This document shows positions 1 to 7,367 of a stretch of DNA of 17,511 bases, piece by piece. The translations under genes were made by a program, and so were the position numbers. This DNA is from Candidatus Thalassarchaeaceae archaeon (GTDB taxonomy: Archaea; Thermoplasmatota; Poseidoniia; Poseidoniales; Thalassarchaeaceae), in NCBI GenBank assembly GCA_030747675.1, contig JASLKH010000045.1:1-17511 (forward strand), written 5' to 3'. The notes beneath the pieces were generated by a model that saw only the letters and a list, made by a program, of their open reading frames with translations, made no database searches and was not told the origin of the DNA. Within the stretch, counting starts at the first letter, position 1. The number at the start of each line of letters is the position of its first letter.

Positions 1-1308
1 ACCCAACAGTTCACGGTACCACTCCCACGTTCCGTTTGCTGCCAATTTTGCGACAAATGCGGACTTGACCGGGGATGATGATGTGCCAGAGACCGGCATT
101 GAAAGATTGTCTCCAAATTGGATTTGGCCTACCTTGTTGGACGATGTTGTTGAAGCGACATACACGTCCCCGGCTGGAGAAACTGCAATTCCGAACAATG
201 GTGCACTGACATCTTGATCGCTAGGAGTCACCCTTTCCATCCAAATACAATTCAACGAAGAATCAAATTTTGCAATAAAGCCAAACAACACATTTCCAGG
301 GTTATTTCCAGTCGATACTGCAATTGTCGTCAAAGAACAATTAGATGTCGGCAAGAATTCAAAATAGTGGTTTTCACCCACTCTGAACGACCCTGAAATG
401 TACACATTTCCTTGTGAATCGGTGGCCAAACCACTAGGTTCGACATCTATGGGCGAATCAGTGCTTATTGATTCCTGATCATTGGTTACGACAGAAAGAA
501 CGGTCCCATTGGAATCATACATTGCAATGAAAATTCCTGTGGTGCCACACCAGCGGTTTGACTGAGGTATGGGGTTTCCTCCATTGCTTGCATTGACGAT
601 ATGGAGGTAACTTCTGCATTCACCTGAAACGACTACATTTCCATTTGGGGCAACCATAATTTCTTTGCCAATTGAGTATTGTTGACCACTAGTAGCCCCA
701 GGGCTCAACCAAAGCCAATCCCCACTAGAGCTGATTTTCGCAACATACATACACTCCACTTGGCAGGTATTTGTCTGAAATGTACCAAATTGAACGCTAC
801 CATAACTACTTCCCGTGATGTAAGCATCACCATTTGAATCAACAGCAATCGAATTGACCTGCGCAATATTACCTGAAGCGGGTCCATGTGCTGTTGATAT
901 CCAAAGCCATATTCCATTTGAGTTCATCTTTGCAACAAAAACGGTTGGGACAGGATTTGAGTCGATTTGTGATGTGTTTGCACCTCCGAAATACTGCCCA
1001 TGAGAATTCCCAGGTCGGAGGGTCCCTGTAATTAGAGCATCACCATTATGGTCGACTGCAACACCAAATGCACCATCTGTACCTATCGTACCTCCCCAAT
1101 TCGATGCAAGCCACCCCTTGGAAATTATGCCACTACCTTGATTTGAGCGTTCAGAAGAAAACATGCTTGGATATGACATTTCAAGGGTCTCAATCTGCAT
1201 ATCACTCAAGCCAGAGGCCTCGTCTTCAGGCAAAGGTGTTGGTTGCACTATCGATGCATAGGACATCAGCAGCAGAGCACAGATTGTCACCGAGAGTGTT
1301 CGGCCCAT
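1..1308 (-). CDS. Secreted/surface beta-propeller (SBBP-like repeat) protein, 3' end runs off the window
   Basis: Not in the ORF track. Hand translation from ATG 1308 is open to base 1 (436 codons): MGRTLSVTICALLLMSYASIVQP (signal-peptide-like), then blades VFVAKMNSNGIWLW, MYVAKISSSGDWLW, IFIAMYDSNGTVLS, GFIAKFDSSLNCIW, AFVAKLAANGTWEW and AVDSNGDAYITG motifs, paralogous to 1359-4679. Confidence 0.9.
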   Translation of the reverse strand, partial: MGRTLSVTICALLLMSYASIVQPTPLPEDEASGLSDMQIETLEMSYPSMFSSERSNQGSGIISKGWLASNWGGTIGTDGAFGVAVDHNGDALITGTLRPGNSHGQYFGGANTSQIDSNPVPTVFVAKMNSNGIWLWISTAHGPASGNIAQVNSIAVDSNGDAYITGSSYGSVQFGTFQTNTCQVECMYVAKISSSGDWLWLSPGATSGQQYSIGKEIMVAPNGNVVVSGECRSYLHIVNASNGGNPIPQSNRWCGTTGIFIAMYDSNGTVLSVVTNDQESISTDSPIDVEPSGLATDSQGNVYISGSFRVGENHYFEFLPTSNCSLTTIAVSTGNNPGNVLFGFIAKFDSSLNCIWMERVTPSDQDVSAPLFGIAVSPAGDVYVASTTSSNKVGQIQFGDNLSMPVSGTSSSPVKSAFVAKLAANGTWEWYRELLG

Positions 1309-1330
1309 GCCTTTGGTATGGGGGTGAAGA

Positions 1331-1345
1331 AATTAACCGATTCGG
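1331..1345 (-). promoter_or_regulatory. BRE+TATA-like promoter (CCGAATCGGTTAATT) of the left propeller gene, probably leaderless
   Basis: The first T of TTAATT is 28 nt upstream of ATG 1308. 13/15 identical to the element upstream of 4679. No SD. Confidence 0.6.
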
Positions 1346-1358
1346 GTGCGAATCCCGC

Positions 1359-4300
1359 TTAATGTTCCAATTCGGCGTCGGGAGTCCCTTCATCGAACAA
1401 GGAGTCCCACGCAGGTTCTGCAATCTCTTTCTCTGAGCCAGAAGGTAAGGCGTCTGAAGCCATCTCTTGCTCAACAATAAGGGTGTGATCATCAGTAATA
1501 GGGAGCTTTTCAGCATCTAATGCATCATCTAACTCTGCCCTGAGCCTCTCTAGGCGGATGCCCTGATGGGCACCAATTAGGCGTAGCATTAGTGCATATT
1601 CTGAACGTACAGCAATTTCCTCTAACTCTTCCTTAGATCTGGCTGCATTCAATTCTCTCTCGAAACTCGCTGCACGAGTATTTCGTGTTATGAATCCAAA
1701 GCTGAGCCATATGAAAAGTGGAACTCCAGCAAAAATCCCGATTAAATCCCAAGCACCTAGTCCAATCCCAGTCCCGGGAATCAATACCTCGAAGCTCGAG
1801 ACTGGCTTCTCACCAGGGTCTTTTGGATTAGTTCCTTCTCTAATCTCATCAATATCAGTCCAACCATCATTGTCGTCATCAGTGTCAGCATTGTCCCCAA
1901 CTCCATCCTCATCAAAGTCATAGCACTCCTTGTAATCTAAAGGAAAAATATCATCTCCATCCAAACAACCATCATTGTCATGGTCACCAGGACTCGCTAG
2001 TTTGGGCAATATGTCTATGTTGTCATTGTAGCCATCATTGTCATAATCGAAGAGAGAAGGATCTGGATTATTTCCGCTTTGATTGTCACCTAAACCATCG
2101 CCGTCTTGATCCAACCATTGCGTTGCATCATTAGGAAAAAGGTCGGGCAAACGTCCAGCTAAACTGTCACCATATCCATCACCATCTTCATCCACCTGCT
2201 GAGTTGGGTCGAAAGGAAAAGAATCTGCGTTGTTTCCTAACCCATCTCCGTCTGAGTCCAGCCATTCACTTGCATCATTTGGAAATGCATCTGGTTGGAA
2301 TCCTACTGACTCATCTCCATATCCATCTCCATCCGTGTCATTCCACTGACTAGCATCATTGACAAAGTCATCATCTTCATCTGCATAACCATCACGATCG
2401 CTGTCAGCCCAGCGCGCAGGGTCATTTGGAAACCAATCACCTTCTATCCCGTAGGGGTTGTCCCCGTATCCATCTCCATCATTGTCTTCCCACTGTGTTC
2501 CATCACTTGGAAATGAATCTGGATTCAAACCTGTTTCATTATCGCCATACCCATCACCGTCACGATCAGCCCATTGAGTAGGATCTGAATCGAAAGGCTC
2601 ACCTTCATCAGACCATCCATCTCCGTCTGAATCTACGCAACCAAAAACATCTGTAGTAGAATTTCCAGGTATATTTAGACACCCATCTCCAACATTTCCG
2701 TATGGGTTGTCTCCGTATCCATCTCCATCTGAATCAGTTTGTTGCGTTGCATCAGTAGGATACACATCTGCATTATCTCCAATGCCATCTCCGTCAAGGT
2801 CATTCCATTCAGTAGAATCTAACGGAAATGGGTCTCGAATATCAGGTCGCCCATCTCCATCCCCATCAGGGCAACCAGTTTCAAACTCGTAGGTCGAATT
2901 TCCTGCCTCACGGGGACAAAGGTCGAGATAATCATCGACACCATCAGCATCGTCATCAAGGTCTTCCAATGCATCCATACAGCCATCTGAATCAATGTCT
3001 GTGACAGAATCAGATATCCAACCAGTCATGCCGCTTGCACAACTGTCATTCACATCTAGTACAGCATCATTGTCATCATCATCATCTTCATCAGAATCAC
3101 GGCACCCATCACTGTCATGGTCGAACTGCCTAACCGAAAAAAAACCTGAAGCAGAATACTGGCAAGAATCATAGAGATCCAATATGTAATCATCATCATC
3201 ATCTTCATCGATAATATCAGGTATTGTGTCCCCATCATAATCAACGGAAAGTTTAGTCAAAAAAGTATCGTAATGTCCACGATTTGGAATAGAAAACGAG
3301 CCAAAATTAACCAAATTATTGTATTCTCCGGTGACATATAAGTTACCGATACTATCAATGGTAAGACCATTACCTCGATCAGAACCTTGACTACCACCAG
3401 CAAGCGCCCATTGTGCTGAACCATTAGTATCTAATTTGTACACAAAAACGTCGAGACCACCACCGGCAGGGCCGAGGACGATATTGTCAAAACTGACAGG
3501 CCCGGAATTATAGTCACCGGTTACATACGGATTACCATTCAAATCAACAGTAATTGCTACAGCATTTGTTGAACACGAACAATCCACTTGTTTTGCCCAC
3601 AACCACTCTCCAGTGGTGCTTAATTTCGCTACAAACCCGTTTTGAGTCCCTCCAGTCGAGAGAGTAGACGTTGAACTAACGCTCCAAGTGCTGTAGAAAT
3701 AGCCTGCGACAAAAATATCCCCATTTTGAGACATAGATATTGAATTCGCGACTTCGTTGCTAGTCGTATTTTCCGAAATAGTCAACCACAACCAGTTGCC
3801 ATCGTTATCCAATTTAGCAACTAAGGCATTCCTTCCTGAATCAGGCGTAAATGATTGGGATACACCTCCAATTGAAATCGAAAGTGTGGAAACGATATCA
3901 CCAACAATATACAAATTCCCGCTAGAGTCAATCGCAACATCATTGACCTTAGCTCCAAAATATTTTGTCCACTGAATAACTCCATCAGTGCTGATTTTAG
4001 AAATAAATCCTTGGCCAGAACCGTCTTGTTTATTACTTGAAACAAAGATATTTCCGTTGAAATCAATTTCAATATTTGCCGGGTTTTCGGACCCGGATGT
4101 GTGGCCACTAGTAGTTATTTGTGTGGCCCATAACCACGTGCCATTGTAATCTAACTTGGCGGCAAATGCGCAGATACAAGTAATACTTGCTTGGATGGTT
4201 ATGTTGTCAAAATCTATCACATTGTAGAAATTTCCAGTAACATATACATTCTCACCAACATCGACAGAGATACCTGTACCCAGATGCCCTGCGTGTCCAA

Positions 4301-4679
4301 ATGTTCCACTGTTCCCTGCAGATGCAGCCCAAAGGCATGTACCATTAGGGTCAAATTTAGCGACAAAAACCCACTGAACTCCATTTGTATTACTTGAAAC
4401 CGAGCAAGAACCAAATGAAATCGTCTCTCGGAAAGTACCTGTAATGAATATGTTACCATTTGATGAAATAGTGACGTCCCAACCTTGATCTTCGGCACTG
4501 GAACCACCCGACTCAGCCCACTCCCAACCCAACATTTGCCAGGTTGGAATATTGGTGCTGTTTGCGCCTACGAAGTCGGAAGTTTCACTTTTCTGAAGTT
4601 GAGAATAATCAATGGTATTTCCTGCGGACATAAGTAGTAGAATCAGAATTTGATACGCAATCAATCTCCGGCAGAGCAT
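1359..4679 (-). CDS. 1106-aa cell-surface protein: signal peptide, 7-bladed SBBP-like beta-propeller, thrombospondin type-3 (Ca-binding) repeats, single TM helix, cytoplasmic helical domain
   Basis: Hydrophobic N-terminus (LIAYQILILLLMSA). Seven (F/L)xxK(L/F)DxNGxxxW-type blades. 18 DxDxDG motifs ending in DNDGWTDIDEIREGTNPKDP. TM segment WDLIGIFAGVPLFIWLSFGFIT followed by a charged tail. Confidence 0.9.
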   Translation of the reverse strand: MLCRRLIAYQILILLLMSAGNTIDYSQLQKSETSDFVGANSTNIPTWQMLGWEWAESGGSSAEDQGWDVTISSNGNIFITGTFRETISFGSCSVSSNTNGVQWVFVAKFDPNGTCLWAASAGNSGTFGHAGHLGTGISVDVGENVYVTGNFYNVIDFDNITIQASITCICAFAAKLDYNGTWLWATQITTSGHTSGSENPANIEIDFNGNIFVSSNKQDGSGQGFISKISTDGVIQWTKYFGAKVNDVAIDSSGNLYIVGDIVSTLSISIGGVSQSFTPDSGRNALVAKLDNDGNWLWLTISENTTSNEVANSISMSQNGDIFVAGYFYSTWSVSSTSTLSTGGTQNGFVAKLSTTGEWLWAKQVDCSCSTNAVAITVDLNGNPYVTGDYNSGPVSFDNIVLGPAGGGLDVFVYKLDTNGSAQWALAGGSQGSDRGNGLTIDSIGNLYVTGEYNNLVNFGSFSIPNRGHYDTFLTKLSVDYDGDTIPDIIDEDDDDDYILDLYDSCQYSASGFFSVRQFDHDSDGCRDSDEDDDDDNDAVLDVNDSCASGMTGWISDSVTDIDSDGCMDALEDLDDDADGVDDYLDLCPREAGNSTYEFETGCPDGDGDGRPDIRDPFPLDSTEWNDLDGDGIGDNADVYPTDATQQTDSDGDGYGDNPYGNVGDGCLNIPGNSTTDVFGCVDSDGDGWSDEGEPFDSDPTQWADRDGDGYGDNETGLNPDSFPSDGTQWEDNDGDGYGDNPYGIEGDWFPNDPARWADSDRDGYADEDDDFVNDASQWNDTDGDGYGDESVGFQPDAFPNDASEWLDSDGDGLGNNADSFPFDPTQQVDEDGDGYGDSLAGRLPDLFPNDATQWLDQDGDGLGDNQSGNNPDPSLFDYDNDGYNDNIDILPKLASPGDHDNDGCLDGDDIFPLDYKECYDFDEDGVGDNADTDDDNDGWTDIDEIREGTNPKDPGEKPVSSFEVLIPGTGIGLGAWDLIGIFAGVPLFIWLSFGFITRNTRAASFERELNAARSKEELEEIAVRSEYALMLRLIGAHQGIRLERLRAELDDALDAEKLPITDDHTLIVEQEMASDALPSGSEKEIAEPAWDSLFDEGTPDAELEH
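1816..3242 (-). repeat. Thrombospondin type-3-like coding repeat array
   Basis: Recurrent ~23-aa units of the form FPxDxxQWxDxDGDGYGDN. The first units carry Cys pairs (DSC...DGC, DLC...TGC). The DNA repeats are degenerate and in frame. Confidence 0.85.
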
Positions 4680-4700
4680 GGTTTGGCATAGCGGTTCATG

Positions 4701-4732
4701 AATTAACTAATTCGGACGATAAATCCGAATTA
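4701..4732 (-). promoter_or_regulatory. BRE+TATA-like promoter (CCGAATTAGTTAATT) overlapping a perfect 9-bp inverted repeat
   Basis: The first T of TTAATT is 27 nt upstream of ATG 4679. TAATTCGGA (4708-4716)-N7-TCCGAATTA (4724-4732) lies just after the queD stop. Confidence 0.6.
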
Positions 4733-4734
4733 AA

Positions 4735-5187
4735 TCACCTTAGTTGCCATGAAGCCCAAGACTTTGGAGTTTCTCGAACATGCATGGCCACAAGCCGCAA
4801 TTGATTTCCATATGTGCTTTGAATATGGGGGTCGACCTGTTCAAAGGCCCATTTGGCAAGGTTCTCGGCTGTTGGAATAAAGTCCACAACCACCGTTCGA
4901 TGATTAGGGCCCATAACATCCAATGCTGTTCGCGCATTTTCATCTCCTGAATAAACGACAAATGCATGATCAACCACATCATGGACATGTTCTTTGAGAA
5001 TGGCAGAAACATCACTGAAATCGATTAACATGCCTTCATCAGACACACCTTCAACATCGACCACATCGCCCTCAATCTCAGCCTCCCATCGGTAGCGGTG
5101 CCCGTGTAGATGGCAGCACTTGCTCTTGTGGTTGGGTACTCTATGCCCCGTATCAGTTTCAATCCAGCGTCGTATTCTTGTGGTCAT
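4735..5187 (-). CDS. queD: 6-carboxy-5,6,7,8-tetrahydropterin synthase QueD
   Basis: TGH...KCCHLHGHRY (Zn His ligands and catalytic Cys), DF, DHAF, PTAENLA and ETP motifs. ATGA overlap with the queC stop and AGGAG SD. Confidence 0.93.
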   Translation of the reverse strand: MTTRIRRWIETDTGHRVPNHKSKCCHLHGHRYRWEAEIEGDVVDVEGVSDEGMLIDFSDVSAILKEHVHDVVDHAFVVYSGDENARTALDVMGPNHRTVVVDFIPTAENLAKWAFEQVDPHIQSTYGNQLRLVAMHVRETPKSWASWQLR

Positions 5188-5957
5188 ATTCTCATCTCCT
5201 GTTCAACTTTTAGCGCATTGGCAAGCACAGATTCCCATGATTCAACATATCTCACAGGGTCCTTGCGACCAATTGCATGAAAAGCCAAAATCCGCTCTAC
5301 ATCCGCTCCACTGCGGCCCGATGAACGTCCTTCCGAATCTGGATTGTAGGATGTGTTCGTATTGGCAAATACTGTATTGAAATCAAGATTGAGTGTGGAC
5401 AGTGCATCCTCAGCATCTCGTAGAATACCCTCCTTGTCTCCGTGAATATATGGAAGGTGAAAAGAGACTTTTTCACTATCCCAATTACCAACCTCAAATG
5501 CGTGTGAAATCGCTTCATAGAATTCGGGTCTACAATCTGGATAGATGGCATGGTCACCACTGTGAACTCCTAGTGCAATCACAACATTAGTCTCTTCACG
5601 TAGCGCGACTGAAAGAGCATATCCATAGAGGATTGATGCAAATATGGCATTACGATTCGGCACTACTGTCTGTTTCATCTGTTCCTCTTCATAATGCCCT
5701 TCAGGTACATCGTAACCATCTGTAGTGAGGGCCGAATGGAAAATACCCATGGCTGAACTGAGGTCTGCAATCCTGTGTTCAACTTCAATTCCGTTTGATG
5801 CCAAGTAAGCAATATTCGCCTTTGCACGTTCCAACTCAATACTGTGCTTTTGACCATAATTGTAGGACAAGCAACTGACAGTGTAACCATCCGCAAGCAG
5901 TCGCATCAATAGCCCTGTGCTGTCCATACCACCTGAAAGCGCCATCACTGCCCGCAT
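5184..5957 (-). CDS. queC: 7-cyano-7-deazaguanine (preQ0) synthase QueC, variant lacking the C-terminal Zn cysteines
   Basis: SGGMDS PP-loop, YGQKH, VVPNRNAIF, GVH and YPDCRPEF motifs. Start moved to ATG 5957 (TGATG overlap with the queE stop), giving 257 aa. Confidence 0.92.
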   Translation of the reverse strand: MRAVMALSGGMDSTGLLMRLLADGYTVSCLSYNYGQKHSIELERAKANIAYLASNGIEVEHRIADLSSAMGIFHSALTTDGYDVPEGHYEEEQMKQTVVPNRNAIFASILYGYALSVALREETNVVIALGVHSGDHAIYPDCRPEFYEAISHAFEVGNWDSEKVSFHLPYIHGDKEGILRDAEDALSTLNLDFNTVFANTNTSYNPDSEGRSSGRSGADVERILAFHAIGRKDPVRYVESWESVLANALKVEQEMRI

Positions 5958-6556
5958 CAGAGCACCCCCATCCATTTATGCGTCTGTAAGCTCAATCTCC
6001 AACCAGGACTTTCTTTGACAATCTTTTCAGTGATCTGAAACGACTTACCATTTTCTTCAACGGAGTTAGAATCAATGTAGCACGGTTGGATGAAGTGATG
6101 ATCGAATCCTTTTTTCAGGTCATCATACATGTCTAAATCTTGACCACAGTAAACAACTTTCAATTCATTTCCATTGCGTTGCTTGATTGACGCTTTGGGA
6201 TACAACTGATCCTTTGGCGAGACACAAATCCAATCGATAATGGGGTCAACTAAAATTGTCCCATTGGTCTCAATTGAAAGATTAATATCATGTTTTTTGA
6301 GTTCTCCTCCAATGGTTTCCAAATCTTGCATCGCTGGCTCACCACCTGTGAAAATCACACGATCACAATTGTAGGAAAGGACTTCTTTAACAATAGAATC
6401 TAATGTTCTTTCTTCATATGTTAAGAAGTCAGTATCACACCATTCACAGCGTAGGTTACAATTACCAAATCGAATGAAAATGTGGGGTATTCCTGAATGA
6501 AAGCCTTCGCCCTGAACTGAATGAAAAATCTCGACAACAGGGTACATCTGGGACAT
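5957..6556 (-). CDS. queE: 7-carboxy-7-deazaguanine synthase QueE (radical SAM)
   Basis: EIFHSVQGEG, RFGNCNLRCEWCDT (CxxxCxxC), FTGGEP, IETNG, VSPK, IQP and WRLSLQTHK motifs. Confidence 0.95.
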   Translation of the reverse strand: MSQMYPVVEIFHSVQGEGFHSGIPHIFIRFGNCNLRCEWCDTDFLTYEERTLDSIVKEVLSYNCDRVIFTGGEPAMQDLETIGGELKKHDINLSIETNGTILVDPIIDWICVSPKDQLYPKASIKQRNGNELKVVYCGQDLDMYDDLKKGFDHHFIQPCYIDSNSVEENGKSFQITEKIVKESPGWRLSLQTHKWMGVL

Positions 6557-6565
6557 ATAATCATC

Positions 6566-7135
6566 TCAAAGTGGATTCGTTCGAATGAGTTGCATTAGTT
6601 CAGAACGAGCCTCTGCCTTGTCGAAGAATACTCCACGCATTGCTGAAGTCGTCATAATTGCGTTTTGTTTCTTTACTCCACGGCATTGCATACATCCATG
6701 CGATGCTTCGATAATAACAGCGCATCCAAGTGGTTGTAAATGTTCTTCCAAGTCATCTGCAACATTTTTCGTAATTCGTTCTTGATTCTGCAATCTGTGG
6801 GAATGCAACTCGACAATTCGTGCTAATTTACTGATACCAACAATCCTTTCAGTAGGGATGTATGCAACATGTGCACGTCCCCTAAATGGTTGCAAGTGAT
6901 GCTCACAGGTACTGTGGAACTCAACATCTCTGAGTAGTACAATACCATCATAACCTTCTCCATTGAATGTAGATTCAAGGACTTCAGCAGACGATTGGTG
7001 ATATCCAGCGAATATTTCATCCCATGACTTAATGACACGTTTTGGAGTATCTACAAGCCCTTCTCTTCCAGTATCTTCGCCTAAATAATCGAGTAAAGTT
7101 CGCACGGCACTTTCTGCTTCATCTTTACTAACCAT
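6566..7135 (-). CDS. folE: GTP cyclohydrolase I, type IA (FolE)
   Basis: REGLVDTPKRV, STCEHHLQPF, GISKLARIV, RLQNQER and HGCMQCRGV motifs. GGTGA SD 4 nt upstream. Confidence 0.95.
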   Translation of the reverse strand: MVSKDEAESAVRTLLDYLGEDTGREGLVDTPKRVIKSWDEIFAGYHQSSAEVLESTFNGEGYDGIVLLRDVEFHSTCEHHLQPFRGRAHVAYIPTERIVGISKLARIVELHSHRLQNQERITKNVADDLEEHLQPLGCAVIIEASHGCMQCRGVKKQNAIMTTSAMRGVFFDKAEARSELMQLIRTNPL

Positions 7136-7309
7136 TTATTCACCACCAATGCGTCCATGACGGGCATCAATCATGTCCAGTTGATCGAGCATTTTCCGGC
7201 AAGCAGTCCTGATTGCATCAGCTACGCTGACAAACTTTCCACCGTCACCAACATGGTGCTTGAGGTCGTCCAGTAATTCCTGTGGTATATCCAAACTTAC
7301 TTTGGGCAT
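7136..7309 (-). CDS. 57-aa ribbon-helix-helix (CopG/Arc/MetJ-type) transcriptional regulator
   Basis: Not in the ORF track. MPKVSLDIPQELLDDLKHHVGDGGKFVSVADAIRTACRKMLDQLDMIDARHGRIGGE*: beta-strand KVSLDI, helix A, G-x-F-x-S turn, helix B (ADAIRTA). Its TAA directly abuts the folE ATG. Confidence 0.88.
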   Translation of the reverse strand: MPKVSLDIPQELLDDLKHHVGDGGKFVSVADAIRTACRKMLDQLDMIDARHGRIGGE

Positions 7310-7330
7310 AATTCTGGGCCAATCTACACA

Positions 7331-7367
7331 GTTATCAATATTACTCCAGTAATACTGGGGTATTACG
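7331..7367 (-). promoter_or_regulatory. Promoter of the RHH-folE-queECD operon with three phased palindromic boxes (candidate RHH operator)
   Basis: TATA-like TTGATAAC begins 29 nt upstream of ATG 7309. Plus-strand boxes AATATTACT (7337-45), AGTAATACT (7348-56) and GGTATTACG (7359-67) repeat at 11 bp. Confidence 0.65.

Noticed and set aside
1816-3242. Regularly spaced DNA repeats resembling a CRISPR array
   Set aside because: The repeats are degenerate, in frame and explained by TSP3 protein repeats. There are no cas genes.
4179-4187. Perfect AGTAATACT box inside the surface-protein gene
   Set aside because: It is a single unphased copy in coding sequence, and a few such hits are expected by chance.
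5184-5957. QueC as part of an anti-phage system (QatC, or type IV CBASS Cap9)
   Set aside because: No CD-NTase, TGT-like, KAP NTPase or TatD gene is adjacent, and the context is the complete folE-queE-queC-queD biosynthetic set.
7136-7309. RHH protein as a toxin-antitoxin antitoxin
   Set aside because: No RelE/ParE/PIN-type toxin lies next to it; the coupled downstream gene is folE.
7310-7362. preQ1 riboswitch upstream of the que operon
   Set aside because: No class I-like hairpin plus A-rich tail motif is present, and the ATG is only 29 nt from the TATA start, leaving no leader.
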